The notes beneath the pieces were generated by a model. That model saw only the letters and a program-made list of their open reading frames with translations. It was not told the origin of the DNA and did not search any database. Below, one piece after another: positions 17,352 through 25,222 of a DNA stretch of 40,650 nt; position 1 is the stretch's first letter; every line of letters begins with the position of its first letter. A program made the translations under genes and the position numbers. The DNA comes from an uncultured Candidatus Saccharibacteria bacterium (GTDB lineage Bacteria; Patescibacteriota; Minisyncoccia; Minisyncoccales; PEYH01): contig CAYRCT010000002.1 of assembly GCA_964422845.1 (NCBI GenBank), positions 1 to 40,650 of the forward strand. The letters run 5' to 3'.

Positions 17352-18641
17352 ATGATTAAGAAAATTTTAAAAAGGATTATTCCCTTAAAGATTTTAAACT
17401 CGTATTATCAAGCATTTCCTGCTCTTGGTGCCTTTCTCTATCGTTTTCCTTCTAAAAAATTAATTGTTATTGGAGTGACAGGAACCAATGGTAAATCAAC
17501 CGTAATTCAGTTGATAACTAATATTTTAAAACAGGCAGGATTTAAGGTTGCTTCAATTTCTTCAGTTCGCTTTCAGATTAACGATGAAGAATGGCAGAAT
17601 GATTTGAAAATGACCATGCCTGGTCGCTTGAAAGTACAAAAATTTTTGAGAAAAGCAGTAAATGCGAGATGTAAATATGCTGTGTTAGAAATTACTTCAG
17701 AAGGGATCAAACAATTCCGTCATAAATTTATTAATTTTAATACAGCAGTTTTTACTAATTTGACGAAGGAACATATTGAAGCTCATAAAGGCTTTGAAAA
17801 TTATCGTAAAGCTAAGGGAGAGCTTTTTAATACTACAGGGCTTAAAACGATAATAGTAAACGAAGACGATAAGAATGCCGAATATTTTTTACATTTTAAA
17901 GCAGGCGAAAAATGGGGGTACGGGATAGAAAATCGAAAATCAAAGATTGAAGGCCAAAAATTTGTTGGGGCTGTTGATATTAGAATGGCTACGGATGGAG
18001 CGAACTTCACAGTAGAAGATACACAATTTCATTTAAAACTTTTGGGTCGTTTTAATATCTATAATACTTTAGCTGCAATTTGCGTAGGTTTTTCAGAGGG
18101 AGTTTCGCTTGAAGTGTCTAAACAAGCGTTAGAAAAAATGGATGGCGTGACTGGAAGAATGGAGCTTGTAATAAAAGAACCGTTTAAGGTTTTTGTTGAC
18201 TATGCTCACACTCCAGATGCTTTAGAAAATGTTTATAAAACTCTTGCTGGAAGTCGATTGATATGTGTTCTTGGCTCTTGTGGCGGCGGAAGAGATAGAT
18301 GGAAACGGTCAGAATTTGGACGACTAGCAGCTAATTATTGTAGTCAGATTATATTAACCAACGAAGACCCTTATGAGGAAAGGCCCCAGAAGATATTAGA
18401 AGAAATAGAGAAAGGAATTTTGGAATACAAAACGCCAAATATTAATCATCAACTGATTTTTAACAGGAGAGGAGCTATAAAAGAGGCGTTAAGTTTGGCA
18501 AAACATGGAGATATAGTAATTATCACAGGCAAGGGCTCTGAACCATGGATGTGTGTTGCTGATGGTAAGAAGATTCCTTGGGATGATAGAAAAATTGTTA
18601 GGAAGGAGATGAAAAAATTAAATTTAAAAAACAGAAAATAA
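17352..18641 (+). CDS. murE: Mur ligase, MurE-like (UDP-MurNAc-L-Ala-D-Glu: diamino acid ligase)
   Basis: VIGVTGTNGKST is the P-loop. DYAHTPDAL is the MurE-type motif. I prefer the ATG at 17352, preceded by GGTGG, to the TTG at 17295. Confidence 0.7.
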   Translation: MIKKILKRIIPLKILNSYYQAFPALGAFLYRFPSKKLIVIGVTGTNGKSTVIQLITNILKQAGFKVASISSVRFQINDEEWQNDLKMTMPGRLKVQKFLRKAVNARCKYAVLEITSEGIKQFRHKFINFNTAVFTNLTKEHIEAHKGFENYRKAKGELFNTTGLKTIIVNEDDKNAEYFLHFKAGEKWGYGIENRKSKIEGQKFVGAVDIRMATDGANFTVEDTQFHLKLLGRFNIYNTLAAICVGFSEGVSLEVSKQALEKMDGVTGRMELVIKEPFKVFVDYAHTPDALENVYKTLAGSRLICVLGSCGGGRDRWKRSEFGRLAANYCSQIILTNEDPYEERPQKILEEIEKGILEYKTPNINHQLIFNRRGAIKEALSLAKHGDIVIITGKGSEPWMCVADGKKIPWDDRKIVRKEMKKLNLKNRK

Positions 18642-18720
18642 ATTTTATTCTGGACTTTTTCGCGGATAGCTGATAGAGTAATGTCTCTATACGACAAAGA
18701 ATATTTTTGTAATTTAAACA

Positions 18721-18984
18721 ATGGAAAAGAAACGATTAACCAACTCAACCCGAAAATTTATTCGTCAAGAAAAAGCCCGGATTCGCCGAGAGGTTTTGGA
18801 TTCAGAAAAGCGAAAAGAATTGATTCAGCAATTATATACTAAATTTGATAAAAGCGTTTCTGACGAAAAAGAAATTCTTGTGCCAAAGAAAAAAAGGATA
18901 GCCAAATCAACTAAAGTAACTAAGGATAAAACAATTAAAACTAAAATAGACAAGACAAAGAAGGTTGTCTTAAAAAAGAAATAA
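18721..18984 (+). CDS. hypothetical lysine-rich small protein
   Basis: 87-aa ATG ORF, very basic (K/R-rich). No family recognised. Confidence 0.4.
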   Translation: MEKKRLTNSTRKFIRQEKARIRREVLDSEKRKELIQQLYTKFDKSVSDEKEILVPKKKRIAKSTKVTKDKTIKTKIDKTKKVVLKKK

Positions 18985-18985
18985 T

Positions 18986-19107
18986 CTTTCCTTCCGCCTC
19001 ACTCTCTCCGTTCAGCTCTCTCTGCTCTCTCTCCGCCCCACTTTCACGCCCCCGGCCCTATTCGCCTTCTCTCCCCCCTCGCCCTCTCCAGCAGGGAGGA
19101 CGGGGGG
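18986..19107 (+). other. pyrimidine-rich, GC-rich island with strong hairpin (candidate small RNA or structured 3' UTR)
   Basis: By my hand count, 18991-19090 contains 84 pyrimidines in 100 nt (55 C, 10 G), inside otherwise AT-rich DNA. The hairpin CCCCCC..CCTCTC-CAGCA-GGGAGG..GGGGGG spans 19073-19107. Confidence 0.3.
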
Positions 19108-19127
19108 TGAACTATTATCGCTCAATT

Positions 19128-19151
19128 AGCTGGCTCAATAGCCAGTTTTTT
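19128..19151 (+). terminator. rho-independent terminator
   Basis: AGCTGGCT-CAAT-AGCCAGTT stem-loop followed by a T run. Confidence 0.6.
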
Positions 19152-19250
19152 GATATTATGGATTAAAACAGGGATGAAAAAACATTCTTCAAAAAAAGCG
19201 GGGAAAGGCAAATTAAAATTTAGAACCCCTTCCCGTTTCATTTCTAAAAA

Positions 19251-20123
19251 ATGCCAGGTAAAAAGAAAATTTTTCAAAAAAGGATTAAAAAAAACATAGC
19301 TTTAAAAATCTTTAGCTGGGAAGCCTTTTTGTTTTGTTCAACTCTTATTTTAGGAATTGTTTCCGCAACAAAAATTCAGAGCTTTTTGGACAACGAAAAA
19401 ATTATTTTGCCTACTATTTCTTTCAGTAATTTTATTAATTATTTTATTTTTGCGACCCTTGTGATTCTTTTAATCATTTATCTGCCTAAAATTAAAAAGA
19501 TTAAAACAGGGATTTATAAATTCTTTTTTGTTTTTGCCGTTATTTATGGCGCCTTGGTGATTTTGCCTCTATTCTTCGGAGACGTTTTAGCATTATTTAT
19601 AATTCTCATTTTACTCTATCTTTGGTTTAAACATCCAACTGTGGTTATCCATGATCTTTTAATGGTTATTGGCATAGCTGGGATTGGGTCAATGTTTGGC
19701 CTAAGTTTTGAGCCGAAAATTATTATTCTACTTTTAGTGATTCTTTCTGTTTATGATTTTATTGCGGTTTATAAGACAAAGCACATGATTAAAATGGCAA
19801 AATCAATGCTCGAAACAGGAGCGATTATGGCTTTAATTATTCCTCAAAAAGCTTCTGATTTTTTAGAAAATCCAAAAAAGATTAAACTAAAAGGGAAATT
19901 TGTTATTTTAGGAGGTGGAGATGTGGCTTTTCCTTTAATATTTAGTGTTTCTATGCTTTCTCAAGGAATTATTGATACTTTCATTGTGGCATTTTTCAGC
20001 TTATTGGGTCTTATTCTTAGTTTCACACTTTTCGTTTTGCAAAAAAAGAAACAGCCGATTCCAGCCTTGCCTCCGATTGCCTTGCTTTCAATAATTGGTT
20101 ATATCATTACATTATTGATTTAG
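19251..20123 (+). CDS. presenilin/signal-peptide-peptidase-like intramembrane aspartyl protease (A22 family)
   Basis: Polytopic membrane protein carrying all three signatures in order: YD (LSVYDFIAVY), GxGD (LGGGDVAFP) and PAL (QPIPALPPI). Confidence 0.75.
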   Translation: MPGKKKIFQKRIKKNIALKIFSWEAFLFCSTLILGIVSATKIQSFLDNEKIILPTISFSNFINYFIFATLVILLIIYLPKIKKIKTGIYKFFFVFAVIYGALVILPLFFGDVLALFIILILLYLWFKHPTVVIHDLLMVIGIAGIGSMFGLSFEPKIIILLLVILSVYDFIAVYKTKHMIKMAKSMLETGAIMALIIPQKASDFLENPKKIKLKGKFVILGGGDVAFPLIFSVSMLSQGIIDTFIVAFFSLLGLILSFTLFVLQKKKQPIPALPPIALLSIIGYIITLLI

Positions 20124-20139
20124 TCATTAATTTAAAAAC

Positions 20140-20922
20140 ATGTTAAATAAAAAGAAAAGATATTTACAAATTGCCCTTAACGGCACGCTAAATGATGCCC
20201 GAGATATCATCTCAAAAATTCCCATAGACAGTCGATTGATTATTGAGGCCGGCACTCCGTTAATAAAAAATTATGGAGCTAATGGGATAAGAACAATAAG
20301 AAGATTATGGGAGCAGCGGCTTTTAGGAAGGACTATTCAAACCAAACAAACCGTTGACTTGATTTCTCTTTATAAAATTTTGAAACAAAAGAAAAGTCGA
20401 CAATCAATAATCAACAACAACCAGAACAAAGAAAATGTGCCTTTAGTTCCATATATTGTTGCCGACCTCAAATGCATGGATAGAGGCCTCACAGAAGTAA
20501 CGATTGCTCAACAGGGAGGTGCAAGCGCTGCGACCGCTCTAGGATATGCTCCGATTGAAACATTGGACGCCTTTATCGAAAAGTGTAAAGAATTAGGGCT
20601 AGATTCAATGATCGATATGATGAATGTTGAATACCCCTTGAATATTCTCCGAGCATTAAAACAAATCCCCGATGTGGTGATATTACATCGAGGAGTTGAT
20701 GAAGAAGATTATAATCGAGAAAAACAGATTCCCTATCACGAGATTCAACGTATTAAAAGTAATTACGATATAATGCTGGCTGTGGCAGGAGGCGATACTA
20801 TTCAAGAAGTCCAGAGAGCTATTTTCAATGATGTTGATATCGTTGTTCTCTGGAGAGCTTTTTACAAAAAAAGCGATGAAACAGTTAAATTAATTCAGGA
20901 ATTTTTAAAAGAAATTCGTTAA
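20140..20922 (+). CDS. orotidine-5'-phosphate decarboxylase/HUMPS family protein (3-hexulose-6-phosphate synthase-like)
   Basis: YLQIALNG, VADLKCMDRG, VILHRGVDEE and AVAGGDT resemble the HPS TIM-barrel motifs. A roughly 45-aa Q/N/K-rich insertion is present. Confidence 0.55.
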   Translation: MLNKKKRYLQIALNGTLNDARDIISKIPIDSRLIIEAGTPLIKNYGANGIRTIRRLWEQRLLGRTIQTKQTVDLISLYKILKQKKSRQSIINNNQNKENVPLVPYIVADLKCMDRGLTEVTIAQQGGASAATALGYAPIETLDAFIEKCKELGLDSMIDMMNVEYPLNILRALKQIPDVVILHRGVDEEDYNREKQIPYHEIQRIKSNYDIMLAVAGGDTIQEVQRAIFNDVDIVVLWRAFYKKSDETVKLIQEFLKEIR

Positions 20923-21686
20923 TCAGAGATATCTTTCTTTTTTGATACCAAGCTTTTGAATCCTTCTAAAATTTCTACTGGTAAAGCGAAGATAACAGTT
21001 TTCGATGGATCGGGTTGTAAATTGTCAATTGTTCCTAAGGTCCTCAAGGATAGACCGCCAGGCGTTGATGAAAGTAATCCAGCCGCAGTACTTAGATTCT
21101 GAGCAGCGGTGATTTCACCCTCGGACTTAATAACAATCGCTCTTTTTTCTCTTTCTGCTTCTGCTTGGGCAGCCATTGCCCTTTTCATTCCTGCAGGCAA
21201 TTCTATGTCCTGCATTTTTATTGCCGTAATATCTATGCCCCATGGGTCTGTCTCTGTATCCACTATTTGTTTAATCTCTGTAGCTACTTTATCTCTCTCT
21301 ATAAGTAAAGTATCTAAATCAACTCCGCCAATAACATCTCTTAATGCAGCCAAGGCATATTGCGAGACAGCATAACGATAGTTTTCCACTTTCAAGACGG
21401 CGTATTCAGGTTTTTGAACTCTAAAATATACTACTGCGTTAACTCCAACAGGAAGATTATCTCTGGTAATTGCTTCCTGTCTTGGTACGTCCACTGTGGT
21501 AATTCGTAAATCCACTTTTATCATTTTTTGAACCGCAGGAAAAATCCATCGGAAGCCAGGCGTTTTTGTGCCAGTATATTTGCCGAAAGTTAAAATAACC
21601 CCTCTTTCGTATTCGTTTATAATTTTTATGCCTGATAAGAATAAAACAAAAAAGAAAACTAATACAGGGACAAAAAATTCAAACAT
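20919..21686 (-). CDS. SPFH/band-7 (stomatin-like) membrane protein
   Basis: N-terminal TM helix, then YERGVILTFGKY...ITRDNLPV...AQAEAEREKRA. Confidence 0.9.
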   Translation of the reverse strand: MFEFFVPVLVFFFVLFLSGIKIINEYERGVILTFGKYTGTKTPGFRWIFPAVQKMIKVDLRITTVDVPRQEAITRDNLPVGVNAVVYFRVQKPEYAVLKVENYRYAVSQYALAALRDVIGGVDLDTLLIERDKVATEIKQIVDTETDPWGIDITAIKMQDIELPAGMKRAMAAQAEAEREKRAIVIKSEGEITAAQNLSTAAGLLSSTPGGLSLRTLGTIDNLQPDPSKTVIFALPVEILEGFKSLVSKKKDISD

Positions 21687-21749
21687 ATTTTTATAGTTAA
21701 TTATAATTGAATTACATTAATTTAAATAAATATTATGATAAATTCAATT

Positions 21750-23351
21750 TCAATGTTCTGCCGAAGGCAGGTTCTTATTTAATGATTTTATCATATATGT
21801 TTGCTTTAATCTATAACCGAGCTTTCTGTAATATCCTCTAACACCAACGCCGGAAATAACAGCAATTTTTTTGAGAGAGAATTCTTTCTTAGTAATTTTT
21901 TCCGCTTCTTTCATTAACTTTTTGCCAAGCCCTTTATGTTGAGGAGCTTTTTCTTTTTCGTTAACAGGGACTAATTGTCCGTAAGTGTGGAGCTCTCTCA
22001 CCATAGAGGCATTTTTTAAAACAGGAATAATGGTCTGTCCAGGTATTCTTAGGCGGAGCAAACTAAATAAACGAGTTCTTTCTTTGTTTTCAAAACTTAA
22101 GAAAATTTCTTTTCCCTTAGAAGCGCTATAATCTTCTCTAAAAAGATATATTTTTTCTTTTGAATCATAGCTACTCTTAACTTCTCGGCATCTGATACAA
22201 TTACAGCGCCAGCCCTCTTTTTTTGAAATTTTTTCTATAATTTGGCGAATGTTAGAAGTTTTCGTTCCACCCTCTACTATATAATAGGAAGGAATATCTC
22301 TAATAATTCTTTGGATACGACAATAATAGGGAATTGATTTTTTAATTTTTATTAGAAGAATAATTAGTTCGTCTGTTGTATAAGGCATATACTTCCCCTT
22401 TTTCCAAACATTATATAAGGGAGTTTCTTTTAAAAGAGCACAAGGATAAATCTTTAAATAATCTGGCTGAAAATCAGGATTTCTAAATAGTTCTTTAAAC
22501 ATTTCTTCATCTTGCTTTAGATTGGAGCCTAAGAGATTTGGCATCATTTGATAACAAATTTTGAAACCAGCATCTTTCAATAATTGAGTCGCCCTAATTG
22601 TTACCTCTATATTATGTCCTCTTCTGTTGAGTTTTAGAATATTGTTATAAATACTTTGTACGCCAAGCTCTACTCGCGTTATTCCAAGTTCTCTTAATCG
22701 ATTAATTTCTTCTTTGTTTATAAAATCAGGCCTTGTTTCAATGGTTATTCCAATAATCCTATGTTTGGCAATTTCATTTTCTTTTTGTAACAGACATAAG
22801 GCCTTTCTTTCCTTTTTCGTTTTAAGATAATCGTTTGCTCCCTGAAAACATTTTTTTATAAACCAGGTCTGATAATTTTTAGGATAAAAAGACCAAGTTC
22901 CACCGATAATTCTCAAATCGATTTTATCAGTTGGATGCCCGTTTGCCTCAAGTGCTCGAATCCGTAATTGAACCTGTTTATAAGGATGATATTCGCATTT
23001 GATAGCCCTTGCCACAGCTGGCTCTTCTTTGAGATAGCTTTTGGGTGCGCCAGCTTGTTCTGGGCAGTAAATACATTTTCCTGGGCAAGGGTAAGGTTTT
23101 GTTAAAACTGATACAATAACAATTCCTGAAAGCGACCTTATTTTTCTAATTCTTAAAACTTCTTCTATTTTTAAATCTTTTTTGATTCTTTTTTCTTTAA
23201 TCAAGTCATGATAAGCTGATAGTAAGAAGGAATTAGGTGTCATCTTGAACCTTTCTTTTTTAGCGAATTTACGTTTTAATTTATCTAAAATTTCCCGATT
23301 TTTTATCGGTTCCTTAGAAAAAGCAATAATAATTTTCTCTTCTATAGTCAT
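21750..23351 (-). CDS. Elp3-type radical SAM / GNAT acetyltransferase (tRNA U34 cm5 modification)
   Basis: The PCPGKCIYCP cluster context, a radical-SAM barrel (ITIETRPD, RVELGVQS) and a C-terminal GNAT (HKGLGKKLMKEAE). Length is 533 aa. Confidence 0.85.
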   Translation of the reverse strand: MTIEEKIIIAFSKEPIKNREILDKLKRKFAKKERFKMTPNSFLLSAYHDLIKEKRIKKDLKIEEVLRIRKIRSLSGIVIVSVLTKPYPCPGKCIYCPEQAGAPKSYLKEEPAVARAIKCEYHPYKQVQLRIRALEANGHPTDKIDLRIIGGTWSFYPKNYQTWFIKKCFQGANDYLKTKKERKALCLLQKENEIAKHRIIGITIETRPDFINKEEINRLRELGITRVELGVQSIYNNILKLNRRGHNIEVTIRATQLLKDAGFKICYQMMPNLLGSNLKQDEEMFKELFRNPDFQPDYLKIYPCALLKETPLYNVWKKGKYMPYTTDELIILLIKIKKSIPYYCRIQRIIRDIPSYYIVEGGTKTSNIRQIIEKISKKEGWRCNCIRCREVKSSYDSKEKIYLFREDYSASKGKEIFLSFENKERTRLFSLLRLRIPGQTIIPVLKNASMVRELHTYGQLVPVNEKEKAPQHKGLGKKLMKEAEKITKKEFSLKKIAVISGVGVRGYYRKLGYRLKQTYMIKSLNKNLPSAEH

Positions 23352-23417
23352 ATAATAACCTGCTCACTTTGCTCGCAGAACCTTGAAATTAAAGTGGCCG
23401 GCAAATATCCTTTAATT

Positions 23418-24134
23418 ATGGAAAAAGAATACGCGAAATTTTTATTAAAAAAGAATCAAGACGATTATAATAAAATTGCTGATACTTTTGACAGAACACG
23501 GGATTGGATTCCTCCCGATTTTACAATTTTAGGAAAATATATCAATAAAAAAGAAAAAATTCTTGATTTGGGTTGCGGAAATGGCAGATTTTCAGAAATT
23601 GTTGGAAACAAAGCAGATTATTATGGCGTTGATGTTTCAGAAAAATTAATTGAGATTGCCAAAGAGAAATATTCTAATAGAAAGTTTGTCGTGAACGAAC
23701 CATTTGCCTTACCTTTTAAAAATAATTTTTTTGATAAGATTTTTTGTCTCGCTGTTTTGCATCATATTCCATCAAAGAAATTCAGAAAGGATTTTTTAAG
23801 AGAGATTAAAAGAGTGACTAAGCCTGGAGGGAAGCTTATCTTAACGGTTTGGGACTTGAACGATAATTCAAAAGCAAAGCGACTCTTACTCAAATATACC
23901 TTTTTTAAACTAATCGGCAAGTCGAAGCTTGATTATAAAGATGTTTTTTATCCATGGAAAAATAGTAGAGGAGAGATATTGATAGATAGATATATTCATG
24001 TTTTTTTTGAAAAAGAATTGAAAAAATTAGTTCAGAGCGTTGGCTTTATTGTAAAAGAAAAAGGAATTCTTGGGCGTTCTAAAAAAGAAAAAAATCTTTT
24101 TTTAGTTGCTCAAAAATCAAAAGGGTCCCTGTAG
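23418..24134 (+). CDS. Trm9/ALKBH8-like class I SAM-dependent methyltransferase
   Basis: YNKIADTFDRTRDW, LDLGCGNGRF, AVLHHIPS, GGKLILTVW, DVFYPW, RYIHVFFEKEL and NLFLVAQK parallel yeast Trm9 motifs recalled from memory. An alternative GTG start lies at 23394. Confidence 0.7.
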   Translation: MEKEYAKFLLKKNQDDYNKIADTFDRTRDWIPPDFTILGKYINKKEKILDLGCGNGRFSEIVGNKADYYGVDVSEKLIEIAKEKYSNRKFVVNEPFALPFKNNFFDKIFCLAVLHHIPSKKFRKDFLREIKRVTKPGGKLILTVWDLNDNSKAKRLLLKYTFFKLIGKSKLDYKDVFYPWKNSRGEILIDRYIHVFFEKELKKLVQSVGFIVKEKGILGRSKKEKNLFLVAQKSKGSL

Positions 24135-24198
24135 TTCAACTGGACAGAACATCGGCCTCCGAAGCCGAAGATTGCGCGTTCGAATCGCGCCAGGGACA
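24125..24198 (+). tRNA. tRNA-Arg (anticodon CCG)
   Basis: My hand fold gives acceptor GTCCCTG/CAGGGAC, D stem GTTC/GAAC and anticodon stem TCGGC/GCCGA. The anticodon loop is CTCCGAA and the T arm is GCGCG-TTCGAAT-CGCGC. The discriminator is A and no CCA is encoded. Confidence 0.9.
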
Positions 24199-24339
24199 TA
24201 TTAAAAATCGTCAGATATTGACTTTTTATTTTTTATATAGTATTTTATTCCGTAGCACAAAAAAAGGAGGTAAAAAGCAGTTCTTTTCAACAATGAATTT
24301 CAAGACGTAGGATTAAAAAATTCCACAGAGGGGGAATAG

Positions 24340-24729
24340 ATGACAGAAAAAAAGATCACCATAGGATTAGTCTCTCACAATGGAAGAAAATTGAAGATGG
24401 CTGAGTGGGTAAATCTTAATCGTGAGAGTTTACGAAAATTTAGACTTGTAGGGACAGGAGGCACGGCTAAAAAGATTAGCAAAATCACCGGATTAAACGT
24501 TGAGGATTTAGGTCACGGGCCGAATGGTGGTGACATCAGAATCGCTTACAATATTTTAGAGCGGAACATAGGAGTTCTGATCTTTTTTGTTGATACTAGC
24601 GAGCCACATGGCCACGAACACGATATCCAAGCTCTAATAAGAACATGTGTGAAAGAGAAAATACCCCTTGCGCTCAATGCAAAAACGGCAGACTGTATTC
24701 TTGAACATTTATTAAAGGAATCGCTGTAG
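24340..24729 (+). CDS. mgsA: methylglyoxal synthase-like protein
   Basis: IGLVSHNGRK, LVGTGGTAKKI, GPNGGD and EPHGHEHDIQALIR follow the MGS motif order. Length is 129 aa. The SD GAGGGGG lies 5 nt upstream. Confidence 0.65.
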   Translation: MTEKKITIGLVSHNGRKLKMAEWVNLNRESLRKFRLVGTGGTAKKISKITGLNVEDLGHGPNGGDIRIAYNILERNIGVLIFFVDTSEPHGHEHDIQALIRTCVKEKIPLALNAKTADCILEHLLKESL

Positions 24730-24743
24730 TTACCACTACGATT

Positions 24744-24771
24744 AGACCCGACATGGCTCGGGTCTTTTTTT
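24744..24771 (+). terminator. rho-independent terminator
   Basis: AGACCCGA-CATGGC-TCGGGTCT followed by TTTTTTT. Confidence 0.7.
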
Positions 24772-24938
24772 GAAATTTTACGTGAGCATAAAATTTGATA
24801 AAATTTTATAAAGATTTATAATCATGGTTTTTAAAATATTGTTCGTGCTAAAAGGAGTTTTTTTTGATATAATAAACACGTATTTATATTTTACAGGTAA
24901 CTAAAGGTCGCATTATTAACATTAATAAATTATTATTT

Positions 24939-25199
24939 ATGGCGGAAGAGATCGAAGGAAAACCAATAGGTAAAATAGTTCACTATTTTGATCACATACA
25001 GGTAGCAGTTATTGCTTTAACTGATAAGTTGAATAATGGAGAAACAATCAGAATCATAGGTGGCGATACTGATTTCGAGCAGGTTGTTGATTCAATGGAA
25101 GTCGAGCACAAGAAAATAGATAAAGCCAAGAAAGGAGACGAAGTGGGTTTTAAGATAGATCAAAAAGTTAGAGACGGCTATAGAGTTTATAAGGTTTAA
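24939..25199 (+). CDS. translation elongation factor-like small beta-barrel protein
   Basis: 86 aa. IGKIVHYFDHIQVAVIAL...IRIIGGDTDFEQVVDSMEVEHKKIDKAKKGDEVGFK matches the EF-Tu domain-2-like small protein family. Confidence 0.6.
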   Translation: MAEEIEGKPIGKIVHYFDHIQVAVIALTDKLNNGETIRIIGGDTDFEQVVDSMEVEHKKIDKAKKGDEVGFKIDQKVRDGYRVYKV

Positions 25200-25222
25200 A
25201 TAAAATTTTAAAATTTTAATTT

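Noticed and set aside
18985-19110. Read-through or recoded C-terminal extension of the 87-aa gene. The pyrimidine island is open and in frame with its TAA for 41 codons.
   Set aside because: The composition differs completely from coding DNA elsewhere in the window, and the peptide would be S/L/P/H-rich with no precedent. The open frame is expected in purine-poor sequence, where stop codons are rare. A structured-RNA explanation fits better.
19174-19299. 41-aa very basic ORF (MKKHSSKKAGKGKLKF...) overlapping the presenilin-like gene start.
   Set aside because: A-run-driven Lys codons are typical of AT-rich leader sequence. It overlaps the well-supported downstream gene start out of frame, and it has no convincing SD.
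24266-24310. A strong GGAGG Shine-Dalgarno sequence with a 5-codon mini-ORF (MNFKT*), as a possible leader peptide upstream of mgsA.
   Set aside because: The ATG lies 22 nt from the SD, which is too far for it to function. No alternative start codon lies within 5-10 nt. I could not fold a convincing attenuator.
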